Source: Eledone cirrhosa (Eukaryota). Taken from it: DNA of 64,000 nucleotides. The stretch is taken from contig OZ024753.1 in NCBI GenBank assembly GCA_964016885.1, positions 41,664,001-41,728,000 of the forward strand. Direction: 5' to 3'. The translations under genes and the position numbers were made by a program. The notes beneath the pieces are model-generated. The model had not been told where the DNA came from. It searched no databases and saw nothing but the letters and a program-made list of their open reading frames with translations. Shown here piece after piece: positions 26,888 through 38,900 of this stretch (position 1 is the stretch's first letter; every line of letters begins with the position of its first letter).

Positions 26888-27066
26888 TAACAAAGGAATT
26901 GTGGTAAGGAACCAGATGGACCATAACGCACCAGAGTACTCAATACTTAGGGTAGTAGAGTGGGAAATAGGAAAAAGTATGACCCCGACGGCAGAGCTCA
27001 AGCCGTTTCGACGGCTATTTCTGGACTCGAAACGGCTTGAGCTCTGCCGTCGGGGTCATACTTTTT

Positions 27067-27070
<4 letters not shown>
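26888..27070 (-). mobile_element. Family C mini-element with inverted arm
   Basis: Conserved tail; inverted arm ends TTCCTA-(TA)n; a tail-only fragment lies at 26298-26366. Confidence 0.88.
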
Positions 27071-27117
<47 letters not shown>

Positions 27118-27591
27118 ATATGTGAGTGTGTATGTGTGTATGTGTATATATAACAGTGTGTGTGTATGACTTCATGTGTGTGTCTGCAAGTGGTTGTGTG
27201 TGTGTGTGTGTGTTTGTGTGCCTGCAAGTGTGTGTAAGTCGGCTGATCAGTAGAGTTTTGTATTGAACAGATTGCGAAAGACCGACAGATGGTGGTTGAA
27301 AGTATTATTCTATGTACAGACATACGTAGCTCCCACCTCTCTCTCTACCCCTCCCTCTCTATATCTACCCCTCCCTCTCTCTACCAGAATAACACACACA
27401 CGCACACATACACACACACACACACATACACACACATGCAAACACACACACACACATGCACACACGTACTCACGCATACACACGCGTATGTACTCACACG
27501 CACTCTGACACACATGTACACACGTAACTCACACGTACTCACATGCACACTCACACACATACGCACGCCCGCATGCGCACACTTACGCGCA

Positions 27592-27693
<102 letters not shown>

Positions 27694-27789
27694 TACACAC
27701 ACACACACACACACATGCACACGCACGTACATTCGCGCTTCCAGCCAGCGCGAACGCACGACCTGGTGATTGGTAATGCTGGGTGTAAC

Positions 27790-28190
27790 TGGTGATGATG
27801 ATGATAGAGAGGGTGGTGATGGTGGTGTTGATGGTGATGATGATGATGGTGGTAATGATTGTGGTGGTGCTGTTGATGATGGTGGTGGTGTTGGTGATGG
27901 TGATGGTGGTAGTGCTGTTGATGGTGATGATGGTGGTGGTGTTGATGGTGGTGATGGTATTGATGGTGGTGGTTATGGTGGTGGTGGTGGTGGTGTTGAT
28001 GGTGGTGGTGTTGATGGTGGTGATGGTGGTGATGGTATTGATGGTTGTGGTTATGGTGGTGGTGATGGTAGTGGTTATGTTGATGGTGATGATGGTAGTG
28101 GTTATGGTGGTGGTTATGTTGGTGGTGGTGGTGGTGGTGGTGGTGGTGGCCGTGATGATGATGGTGGTTGTGGTGATGGTGATGGTAGGA
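27790..28190. repeat. (GGT/GAT)n microsatellite
   Basis: Degenerate trinucleotide tract. Confidence 0.9.
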
Positions 28191-28399
28191 GGTGATATTC
28201 CTTATAATAAGTGTGAGAGAGAGAGAGAACGGGGAGTGGATGAAGGGAGAGGATGGAGATAAAGGAGGTGAAGGGGAGAAGGGGGAGGAGATCAACTGTC
28301 TACCTGACCGTTTCAATGGAGGGTTTAGGGAGTGAAAGGGGTCGTTTGATGTAGTCACTACCTGAACGGAGGGTAAATGATATAGCGTGGGTTAGGTGA

Positions 28400-29760
28400 C
28401 CGTGGCGGCGGCGGTGGTGGTAGTACGTAGAGGTGGTGGTGGTGGTGGTGTGGTAGTAGTGGTGGTGGTGGTGGTGGTAGAAGTAGTGGTGGTAGTGGTG
28501 GCGGTAGTGGTGACGTGGTGGTAGTACGTAGAGGTGGTGGTGGTGGTGGTGGTGGTGGTGGTGGTGGTAGAAGTAGTGGTGGTAGAAGTAGTGGTAGTAG
28601 TGGTGGTGGTAGTGGTGACGTGGTGGTAGTACGTAGAGGTGGTGGTGGTGGTAGAAGTAGTGGTGGTAGAAGTAGTGGTAGTAGTGGTGGTGGTAGTGAT
28701 GACGTGGTAGTAGTACGTAGAGGTGGTGGTGGTGGTGGTGGTAGTGGTGACGTGGTAGTAGTACGTAGAGGTGGTGGTGGTGGTGGTGGTAGTGGTGACG
28801 TGGTGGTAGTACGTAGAGGTAGTGGTGGTGGTGGTGGTAGAAGTAGTGGTGGTAGTGGTGGCGGTGGTGGTAGTACGTAGAAGTGGTGGTGGTGATGTGG
28901 TAGTAGTGGTGGTGGTGATGTGGTAGTAGTGGTGGTGGTAGTGGTGACGTGGTAGTAGTACGTAGAGGTGGTGGTGGTGGTGGTGGTAGTGGTGGTAGTG
29001 GTGACGTGGTGGTGGTACGTAGAGGTGGTGGTGGTGATGTGGTGGTAGTAGTGGTGGTGGTAGTGGTGATGTGGTAGTAGTACGTAGAGGTGGTGGTGGT
29101 GGTGATGTGGTAGTAGTGGTGGTGGTAGTGGTGACGTGGTGGTAGAAGTAGTGGTGGTAGTGGTGACGTGGTGGTAGTACGTAGAGGTGGTGGTGGTGAT
29201 GTGGTGGTAGTAGTGGTGGTGGTAGTGGTGATGTGGTAGTAGTACGTAGAGGTGGTGGTGGTGATGTGGTGGTAGTAGTGGTGGTGGTAGTGGTGACGTG
29301 GTAGTAGTACGTAGAGGTGGTGGTGGTGATGTGGTGGTAGTAGTGGTGGTGGTAGTGGTGACGTGGTAGTAGTACGTAGAGGTGGTGGTGGTGGTGGTGG
29401 TGGTAGTAGTGGTGGTGGTAGTGGTGACGTGGTGGTAGTACGTAGAGGTGGTGGTGGTGGTGGTGGTAGTAGTGGTGGTGGTAGTGGTGACGTGGTGGTA
29501 GTACGTAGAGGTGGTGGTGGTGATGTGGTGGTAGTAGTGGTGGTGGTAGTGGTGATGTGGTAGTAGTACGTAGAGATGGTGGTGGTGGTGATGTGGTAGT
29601 AGTGGTGGTGGTAGTGGTGACGTGGTAGTAGTACGTAGAGGTGGTGGTGGTGATGTGGTGGTAGTAGTGGTGGTGGTAGTGGTGATGTGGTAGTAGTACG
29701 TAGAGATGGTGGTGGTGATGTGGTAGTAGTGGTGGTGGTAGTGGTGGCGGTGGCAGTTGG
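28400..29760. repeat. (GGT/AGT)n-based compound minisatellite
   Basis: Recurrent GTAGTACGTAGAG and GTGACGTGG motifs within GGT runs. Confidence 0.9.
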
Positions 29761-29844
29761 TATTTTTGGTGATACTAGTGGCTGTGGTGGTGAGGTTGAT
29801 GGTGGTGGCAGGGTTCAATTAATGTATATATGTATATATATATG

Positions 29845-29918
<74 letters not shown>

Positions 29919-30926
29919 TACAGAGAGGGGAGGAGACGCTCAGCGAGGGAGAGTTATGGGATGAGAGATAGAGAGGCGGAGAGAAGGAGGTGCGCGATGG
30001 ATGTGATGGATTCAGTGAGGGGGAGACAGAGTGAAAGGGAGTAGAGAAAGAGATGCATTGAGAGAGGGGCAGAGGTAGAGAGAAGGGAAGAGGTAGAAAG
30101 AGAGGGAGTAGAGAAAGAGAGGCAGAGAGAGAGGGGAAGAGGTAGAAAGAAAGGGAGTAGAGAAAGAGAAGCAGAGAGAGGGGGGTGGAGTTGGTGGATT
30201 CAATGAAAGAAGGTAAAAAGGAGAAAAAAAAGCAAGTTAAGTTGCAATGATGGATAGAGGAGAGTAGAAATAAATGATAGCAGACGATAGGAGGGGGAGA
30301 GGGAGGAGGGAAAGGGAGGGTGGCTGCTCTGCATTCTCAGGTAAACAGATGGAGTAGATGGTGTGTGGGGGGTAGGTGGGAGGAAGAGGAATATGAATGA
30401 AGGGGAGAAAAGTCACGGGATGGTGGTGGTGGTAGTGATGGAGGTGGTAGTGGTGATGGTAGTAATGATGGTGGTGGTGGTGGTGGTGGTGATGGTGGTG
30501 GTGGTGGTAGTGATGATGGTGGTGATGGTGGTGATGGCGGTGATGGCGATGGTGATGGTAATGGTGGTGGTGATGGTGGTGGTGGCAATTTGGGGATAAA
30601 ATAATAATAATAAAAATCGAGAAAAATAAAATAGGAATTAGGTGTAGCAGTGGGTTGGGGGGTGGGAAGTGTGGGCGGGAGACACGGGGTGAAATTATCA
30701 CCTCAAGGTTTGGGTGTGAGTGTGCGCGTGTGTGTGTGTGTGTGTGCGTGTGTGTGTGTGTTTGTGTGTATGTGTGTGAGTGAAGGTGTATGTGGGTATG
30801 TGTGAGAGAGGGGCGAGAAGCTGTACCCACTGTAGACAAAAACAAACAACAAACAAACAAACAAACTACCCCCAAATCACGGGATTAGAGAAATAGAGAG
30901 AGAGGGAGTTAGAGAGAGATAGAGGG

Positions 30927-30975
<49 letters not shown>

Positions 30976-31081
30976 GAGAGATGTTTATATAACTATCAAA
31001 AGAAACTCCTAAGAAAAATAACTGGAAAATGGTTGTTGTTGGACAACCCTACTCTCCATATATATATATAAGAGATGTCAA

Positions 31082-31296
31082 CATGAATGGACCTGTTATT
31101 TTTATCTAAAGACATTTTTTCCAATTCCAACCCGGCCGTCCCTTCAATCTATCTTATTTCATATTCTTTCTTCTGATGAAGGACTAGCGTCCGAAACGTT
31201 AAGAGCCTCTTCCTGCTATATCAAGTGTTAACCTAATATATTCCTTCCATATACTATACCGATTGTGTTGTTATTTCTGTTTACCTTTTACATACA
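31082..31296 (+). mobile_element. Hammerhead-bearing mini-element family A (PLE pseudo-LTR-like)
   Basis: Highly similar to 48425-48640 over about 215 bp, with the same ends. Confidence 0.85.
31169..31204 (+). ncRNA. Minimal type I hammerhead ribozyme (family A)
   Basis: TCTT-CTGATGA-A-GGAC TAGC GTCC-GAAAC GTT-AAGA; canonical core, palindromic AACGTT stem III. Confidence 0.88.
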
Positions 31297-31680
31297 CTGA
31301 CCAAGAAACTCACTCAGATGGTGGATGGGTGCTACACGAGAATGCTGAGGATGGCTCTGAACATTAATCAGTATACACTGAGGATGAAAAACTCAGAGCT
31401 GTATGGGAGCTTCCCAAACGTCAGCTCAAAAGTGACACAGAGGAGACTGAGGTTAACTGGACATGCTCACCGACATCCAGAGTTGACATTGCACTCAGTG
31501 CTCCTGTGGGAGCCCCTACGTGGACACACTGGCAGAGGAAGACCAAGGTTAACGTATGTTGATGCCCTAAGGACAGACACTGGTCTGTTGGAGACGCAGG
31601 ACATGGCAGCGATAATGAGGGACAGAGACCGCTGGAGAGAACTCGTCCATGGATCTCGGGAATTTTACCCGCCCTAGATA
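31295..31680 (+). mobile_element. RTE-clade LINE, 5'-truncated 3' end
   Basis: [47 protein letters not shown], typical of the RTE RT C-terminus; stop runs directly into a TAGA tail. Confidence 0.85.
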
Positions 31681-31849
31681 TATATACATACATGGAGGCT
31701 GAGGTTTTCCATACATACATACATATATATATATGTCCTTGAAATGAACTCCTGTCCTCGTAAACTAGGTAAGGACACATCAGATAATGTGTAGTCCTAG
31801 ATAACTCACAAGATCCCCACCCGGCTGGAATGCATGTGATAATACAGTC

Positions 31850-31976
31850 ACTGGATCAAAGAGCAACGTGAAATAAAGTGTTTTCTTGCTCAAGGACATA
31901 ACACATCTCCCGGCCCGGGAATCGAACTCGCAACCTCAAGATTGTGAATCCAACTCTCTAACCACAAAGTCATGCA
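31850..31976 (-). mobile_element. SINE S2-type head fragment
   Basis: TTGCTCAAGGACATAAC..GGGAATCGAACTC (B box on minus strand); similar fragment at 12730-12800. Confidence 0.65.
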
Positions 31977-32026
31977 AGTACCTTCACTACTCCCTTAGGG
32001 TTTAGAATGAGAAGTAAATTCCGATA

Positions 32027-32206
32027 GGCAGTATCGGTAGAGGGTCGGACGCCATGCTTTGCAGCAAAAACTTACGGCCCTTTATGGTCTGAGTTCAAAT
32101 CCCGTCGAGGTCAACTTTGCCTTTCATCCTTACGGGGTCGATAAAATAAAGTACCAGTAATACACTGGGATAATTGCTGGTCTTGTGCCAAAAGTAGAAA
32201 CAATTA
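32027..32206 (+). mobile_element. SINE family S1
   Basis: A/B boxes and conserved body. Confidence 0.9.
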
Positions 32207-32512
32207 ATGAAGGGGTTTGCTGCCAAAAGTTTAAAATCCACCCCCGTCCTTCTATCTCACATTGAAAGATGTCATATTTAACAAATTAAAATAATTGATG
32301 TAATTGATTTATATCTGTGAGACATCTGACAGTGTTTGGAGACAACAACAACAACCACAACAACAACATCATTAACATCATTAACATCATTAACATCATT
32401 AACAACAGTAACAACAACAATGGTACGTGTTAAAGTGGTAAACCTTGAGGTGATGATAAAGTTTTATTTTAAATAATTAATTGAACTTTTAACGTTGCTA
32501 ATGATCTTGTGA

Positions 32513-32549
<37 letters not shown>

Positions 32550-32819
32550 CTTCCCTCTCTTTCTCTTTTTCTCTCCCTCTCTTTCTATCTATCTATCTAT
32601 CTCTATCCATATCTCTATTTCCCTCTCTATCTCTATCTCACTTTTCTATATTTTCCCCTCTTTCTGTCTCTATCTCTATCTATCTGTATCTCTATTCTCC
32701 CTCTCTTTCTCTTTTCTATCTCTCTCCATCACTCTCTCTCTCTCCCTCACTCCCTCTCTCTCTCTCTCTCCCTCTCTCTCTATCTATCTATCTATATCTC
32801 TGTCTCTCTGTAAGAAATT

Positions 32820-33312
32820 TGGCTCTCAGAACCTCTAATCTAGATAGGGAGCTATGTGACCTGGCTCTCAGAACCTCTAATCTAGATAGGGAGCTATGTG
32901 ACCTGGCTCTCAGAACCTCTAATCTAGATAGGGAGCTATGTGACCTGGCTCTCAGAACCTCTAATCTAGATAGGGAGCTATGTGACCTGGCTCTCAGAAC
33001 CTCTAATCTAGATAGGGAGCTATGTGACCTGGCTCTCAGAACCTCTAATCTAGATAGGGAGCTATGTGACCTGGCTCTCAGAACCTCTAATCTAGATAGG
33101 GAGCTATGTGACCTGGCTCTCAGAACCTCTAATCTAGATAGGGAGCTATGTGACCTGGCTCTCAGAACCTCTAATCTAGATAGGGAGCTATGTGACCTGG
33201 CTCTCAGAACCTCTAATCTAGATAGGGAGCTATGTGACCTGGCTCTCAGAACCTCTAATCTAGATAGGGAGCTATGTGACCTGGCTCTCAGAACCTCTGA
33301 TCTAAAATAGGG
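32820..33312. repeat. 42-bp tandem minisatellite, about 11.7 copies
   Basis: Unit TGGCTCTCAGAACCTCTAATCTAGATAGGGAGCTATGTGACC; full copies are identical. Confidence 0.97.
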
Positions 33313-34764
33313 TATATATAATATATAATGTATATATATTAGTTGCGATGTCACTGGGGTCAAGCTGTTTCGGACATTGCCTTTCCTTTGGACAACATCA
33401 GTGACATAGAGAGGGGTGACTGGTATGTATGGGCAATTGCTGGTCGTCTATAAACAGTCCTTCCGAGATTTGAACCTCAGAAGGGAATATTTTAGATACA
33501 AATCCCAAGATCATTCGTGACTAAAAAGAATCTTTACCCTATTTTTATATTACTTGAAGTGCAATCATTCATCTTTGCTAATATCAATTAAATTGCTGAG
33601 TGTTTAAATATTCGTTAAAGTTGAACACGACAAAGTATCAAATATTTGTCTCTGTTCATCAAAAGCTACTTAATAATTATTTGTAGTTTGTTTTTAATTA
33701 ACATTCTCGTGTCCTTGTTTATAGATTGAAATTCATTAGGTTGATTAGAAATAAACAAGTTTGTTTATTATCTATCAAGACAATCAGGAAACAACATAGA
33801 CTAATGACAAACTTTATTATATTCTGTTCAACATTCATTAATAAGAAATTCCATTGCGCTAATTGTTTTTATTTGCTTGTTTTGTTTTGGGGGAATTTTT
33901 AGTGAAGAGTGGGGAGTTGTTGTTGTCTTTTTGTTTACTGTTTTGTTTTGTTTTTTTGCTGTTTTTTCTGTTTTCTTTTTTTACTGTTTTTATTTTCCTT
34001 CTTTAAAATTACCGCAAAATTGTTCTCATAAAATAGACGCCATTTATAATTTGATTGTTTCCTTTTATTTAGTTTGCATTAGTCATCGATATTTACATGG
34101 AAATAGGCTTTTGACCCCCATGACTAGCTGGTCATGGGTGTGTGGTTCTTCCTGGAAGACAAACATGGACAGCGTGTTTTGTGGAAGACCACCAGTCACC
34201 CATGGCTTGCCGGTCACCCAATGGAAGCATAATTTCTTTGGTTCGATCTAACGATCGGGTCGTTTCTTTTCCTTTCTCTACCACTGAATTCGTTATGGAA
34301 TTCCTCATAATATAATTCAGTTGTACACCTCTAACATAATTAAAACCAAGTGTTAAAATCTATTTCAAACCTGGTGATTCATTAGGCCGGAACTTTTGTG
34401 CAATAGAATATGTCGCAGAGTTTCGAGTGGGTCCCTGTGTGCTGCCATATGGTAGATGTCTAGATAGATAGATTAATGCTAAATTTTAAAACACTGTTTA
34501 GCCATCGATATTGGATATATAGTGATCTAGATAGATAGATCGATTCCTGCTAAAAGCTAAAGACTGTTGGGCCATCAGTGTCGTATATATGCTGGTGCAA
34601 AGATTGTAACATGATTTAAATACGCCAGGTGGTTCTATTAAGTTAGACAAAGCCTGGGCCAATACCAGCCGAAACCTATCAAAGTTATCAAAGTTAAGTT
34701 ATATATTGGGAGGTGACCACAGTTAAAATAGGTACTCAATACGTTAGAGTAGAGTACAGACATA

Positions 34765-34832
34765 TTTATTTTATTATAGAAATGACTTTTACAGGACTAG
34801 AAGTCTTTCATTGGTAAGAAATCATCAGGAAA

Positions 34833-34835
<3 letters not shown>
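34765..34835 (-). mobile_element. Family F hammerhead-like mini-element
   Basis: Minus strand ACTTTC-CTGATGA-TTTCTTACCAAT-GAAAGACTTCTAGTCCTGTA-AAAGT; homologous to 56215-56303. Confidence 0.6.
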
Positions 34836-34891
<56 letters not shown>

Positions 34892-34895
<4 letters not shown>

Positions 34896-35084
34896 CGAAG
34901 GAAATGTGGTAAGGAACCAGGTGGACCATAACGCACCAAAGTACTCAATACTTAGGGTAGTAGAGTGGGTAATAGGAACGAGTAGGACCCCAACGGCTGA
35001 GCTCAAGCCGTTTCGACGGCTAATTCTGAGTCCAGAATTAGCCGTCGAAACGGCTTGAGCTCAGCCGTCGGGGTCCTACTCGTT

Positions 35085-35088
<4 letters not shown>
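34892..35088 (-). mobile_element. Family C mini-element with about 60-bp inverted arm
   Basis: Near-perfect palindrome 34973-35088 plus the conserved tail. Confidence 0.88.
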
Positions 35089-35178
<90 letters not shown>

Positions 35179-35184
35179 CTTTTA

Positions 35185-35284
35185 CCTGTTACAACCATCC
35201 GGCTGAGGCCATTTTATTAAGGCTAAATAGAATATTGAGTTCTGTTACTCTGGAGTTTCATCTGCTTATCTCAGGGTCATCGGA

Positions 35285-35288
<4 letters not shown>
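35185..35288 (-). mobile_element. Family H hammerhead-like mini-element
   Basis: Minus strand ATTCT-CCGATGA-CC CTG AGATAAG CAG AT-GAAACTCC-AGAGT; homologous to 9942-10003. Confidence 0.5.
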
Positions 35289-35350
<62 letters not shown>

Positions 35351-35419
35351 GTTGTTTACCTATACAGACAATACTCATTAGAATGCACAACCTTTGTGTA
35401 TACATTTTTGGGGACACTC

Positions 35420-35492
<73 letters not shown>

Positions 35493-35902
35493 AGAGAGAT
35501 AGAGGAAGATTGCGGGAAAGAAATGTGAAATGGATAACGATCGCCCGTGTAATGCAAATAATGAATGGAAAGAGAGAGAGAGGGAAGGGAAGGAGATGAG
35601 ATGGTAATGTAGAAGAGAGAGGGTGATGGGAGAGAGAGAGAGAAAGAGACGGAGAGAAATGGTGAGGGGGAGAGAGGGAGAAAGAGAAAAATGGTGAGGG
35701 GAGAGAGAGAGAGAGAGAACAAGAGACTATTTACACAAGCCAACCTCAGCATGCTTTCTTGATACGGTCGACGCTCCTCCTCCTCGTTGACAAACAAACA
35801 TCCTCCACCGCCGCCACCGCCTCTTCCTGTCACAACAATCACTACGGAAACCTAACAGCGACACAAGCAGGAAACCGAAATTAGCTAAAACTCGTCTTTT
35901 AT

Positions 35903-38900
35903 TATTTTATGTCTTTTACTGGCTTCCGTCATTAGACTGTGGCCATGCTGGGGCACCACATTCTGTTATATCTTTTACTGGCTTCCGTCATTAGACTGTG
36001 GCCATGCTGGAGCACCACATTCTGTTATATCTTTTACTGGCTTCCGTCATTAGACTGTGGCCATGCTGGGGCACCACATTCTGTTATATCTTTCATTGGT
36101 TTCCGTCATTAGACTGTGGCCATGCTGGGGCACCACATTCTGTTATATCTTTCATTGGCTTCCGTCATTAGACTGTGGCCATGCTGGGGCACCACATTCT
36201 GTTATATCTTTTACTGGCTTCCGTCTTTAGACTGTGGCCATGCTGGGGCACCACATTCTGTTATATCTTTTACTGGCTTCCGTCATTAGACTGTGGCCAT
36301 ACTGGGGCACCACATTCTGTTATATCTTTTACTGGCTTCCGTCATTAGACTGTGGCCATGCTGGGGCACAACATTCTGTTATATCTTTTACTGGCTTCCG
36401 TCATTAGACTGTGGCCATGCTGGAGCACCACATTCTGTTATATCTTTTACTGGCTTCCGTCATTAGACTGTGGCCATGCTGGGGCACCACATTCTGTTAT
36501 ATCTTTTACTGGCTTCCGTCTTTAGACTGTGGCCATGCTGGGGCACCACATTCTGTTATATCTTTTACTGGCTTCCGTCATTAGACTGTGGCCATACTGG
36601 GGCACCACATTCTGTTATATCTTTTACTGGCTTCCGTCATTAGACTGTGGCCATGCTGGGGCACCACATTCTGTTATATCTTTTACTGGCTTCCGTCATT
36701 AGACTGTGGCCATGCTGGGGCACAACATTCTGTTATATCTTTCACTGGCTTCCGTCTTTAGACTGTGGCCATGCTGGGGCACCACATTCTGTTATATCTT
36801 TCACTGGCTTCCGTCATTAGACTGTGGCCATGCTGGAGCACCACATTCTGTTATATCTTTTACTGGCTTCCGTCATTAGACTATGGCCATGCTGGGGCAC
36901 CACATTCTGTTATATCTTTCACTGGCTTCCGTCATTAGACTGTGGCCATGCTGGGGCACCACATTCTGTTATATCTTTTACTGGCTTCCGTCTTTAGACT
37001 GTGGCCATGCTGGGGCACCACATTCTGTTATATCTTTCATTGGTTTCCGTCATTAGACTGTGGCCATGCTGGGGCACCACATTCTGTTATATCTTTCATT
37101 GGTTTCCGTCATTAGACTGTGGCCATGCTGGGGCACAACATTCTGTTATATCTTTCACTGGCTTCCGTCATTAGACTGTGGCCATGCTGGGGCACCACAT
37201 TCTGTTATATCTTTCACTGGCTTCCGTCATTAGACTGTGGCCATGCTGGGGCACCACATTCTGTTATATCTTTTACTGGCTTCCGTCTTTAGACTGTGGC
37301 CATGCTGGGGCACCACATTCTGTTATATCTTTTACTGGCTTCCGTCATTAGACTGTGGCCATGCTGGGGCACCACATTCTGTTATATCTTTTACTGGCTT
37401 CCGTCATTAGACTGTGGCCATGCTGGGGCACCACATTCTGTTATATCTTTCACTGGCTTCCGTCATTAGACTGTGGCCATGCTGGGGCACCACATTCTGT
37501 TATATCTTTCACTGGCTTCCGTCATTAGACTGTGGCCATGCTGGGGCACCACATTCTGTTATATCTTTTACTGGCTTCCGTCATTAGACTGTGGCCATGC
37601 TGGGGCACCACATTCTGTTATATCTTTTACTGGCTTCCGTCATTAGACTGTGGCCATGCTGGGGCACCACATTCTGTTATATCTTTTACTGGCTTCCGTC
37701 ATTAGACTGTGGCCATGCTGGGGCACCACATTCTGTTATATCTTTCACTGGCTTCCGTCATTAGACTGTGGCCATGCTGGGGCACCACATTCTGTTATAT
37801 CTTTTACTGGCTTCCGTCATTAGACTGTGGCCATGCTGGGGCACCACATTCTGTTATATCTTTTACTGGCTTCCGTCATTAGACTGTGGCCATGCTGGGG
37901 CACCACATTCTGTTATATCTTTCACTGGCTTCCGTCATTAGACTGTGGCCATGCTGGGGCACCACATTCTGTTATATCTTTTACTGGCTTCCGTCATTAG
38001 ACTGTGGCCATGCTGGGGCACCACATTCTGTTATATCTTTCACTGGCTTCCGTCATTAGACTGTGGCCATGCTGGGGCACCACATTCTGTTATATCTTTT
38101 ACTGGCTTCCGTCTTTAGACTGTGGCCATGCTGGGGCACCACATTCTGTTATATCTTTTACTGGCTTCCGTCATTAGACTGTGGCCATGCTGGGGCACCA
38201 CATTCTGTTATATCTTTTACTGGCTTCCGTCATTAGACTGTGGCCATGCTGGGGCACCACATTCTGTTATATCTTTTACTGGCTTCCGTCTTTAGACTGT
38301 GGCCATGCTGGGGCACCACATTCTGTTATATCTTTTACTGGCTTCCGTCATTAGACTGTGGCCATGCTGGGGCACCACATTCTGTTATATCTTTCACTGG
38401 CTTCCGTCATTAGACTGTGGCCATGCTGGGGCACCACATTCTGTTATATCTTTCACTGGCTTCCGTCTTTAGACTGTGGCCATGCTGGGGCACCACATTC
38501 TGTTATATCTTTCATTGGTTTCCGTCATTAGACTGTGGCCATGCTGGGGCACCACATTCTGTTATATCTTTCATTGGTTTCCGTCATTAGACTGTGGCCA
38601 TGCTGGGGCACAACATTCTGTTATATCTTTCACTGGCTTCCGTCATTAGACTGTGGCCATGCTGGGGCACCACATTCTGTTATATCTTTCACTGGCTTCC
38701 GTCATTAGACTGTGGCCATGCTGGGGCACCACATTCTGTTATATCTTTTACTGGCTTCCGTCATTAGACTGTGGCCATGCTGGGGCACCACATTCTGTTA
38801 TATCTTTTACTGGCTTCCGTCATTAGACTGTGGCCATGCTGGGGCACCACATTCTGTTATATCTTTTACTGGCTTCCGTCTTTAGACTGTGGCCATGCTG

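Noticed and set aside
28358-29818. 486-aa Pro/Thr/His-rich extensin- or mucin-like ORF
   Set aside because: Repeat register drifts between frames (PPP/HHH/TTT), as expected for a non-coding GGT minisatellite
32788-33363. 14-aa repeat proteins on both strands
   Set aside because: Explained by a perfect 42-bp minisatellite; no synonymous variation, splice signals or domain similarity
35740-35880. GC-rich segment resembling a minus-strand exon
   Set aside because: Weak donor, no clear acceptor and no recognisable protein similarity
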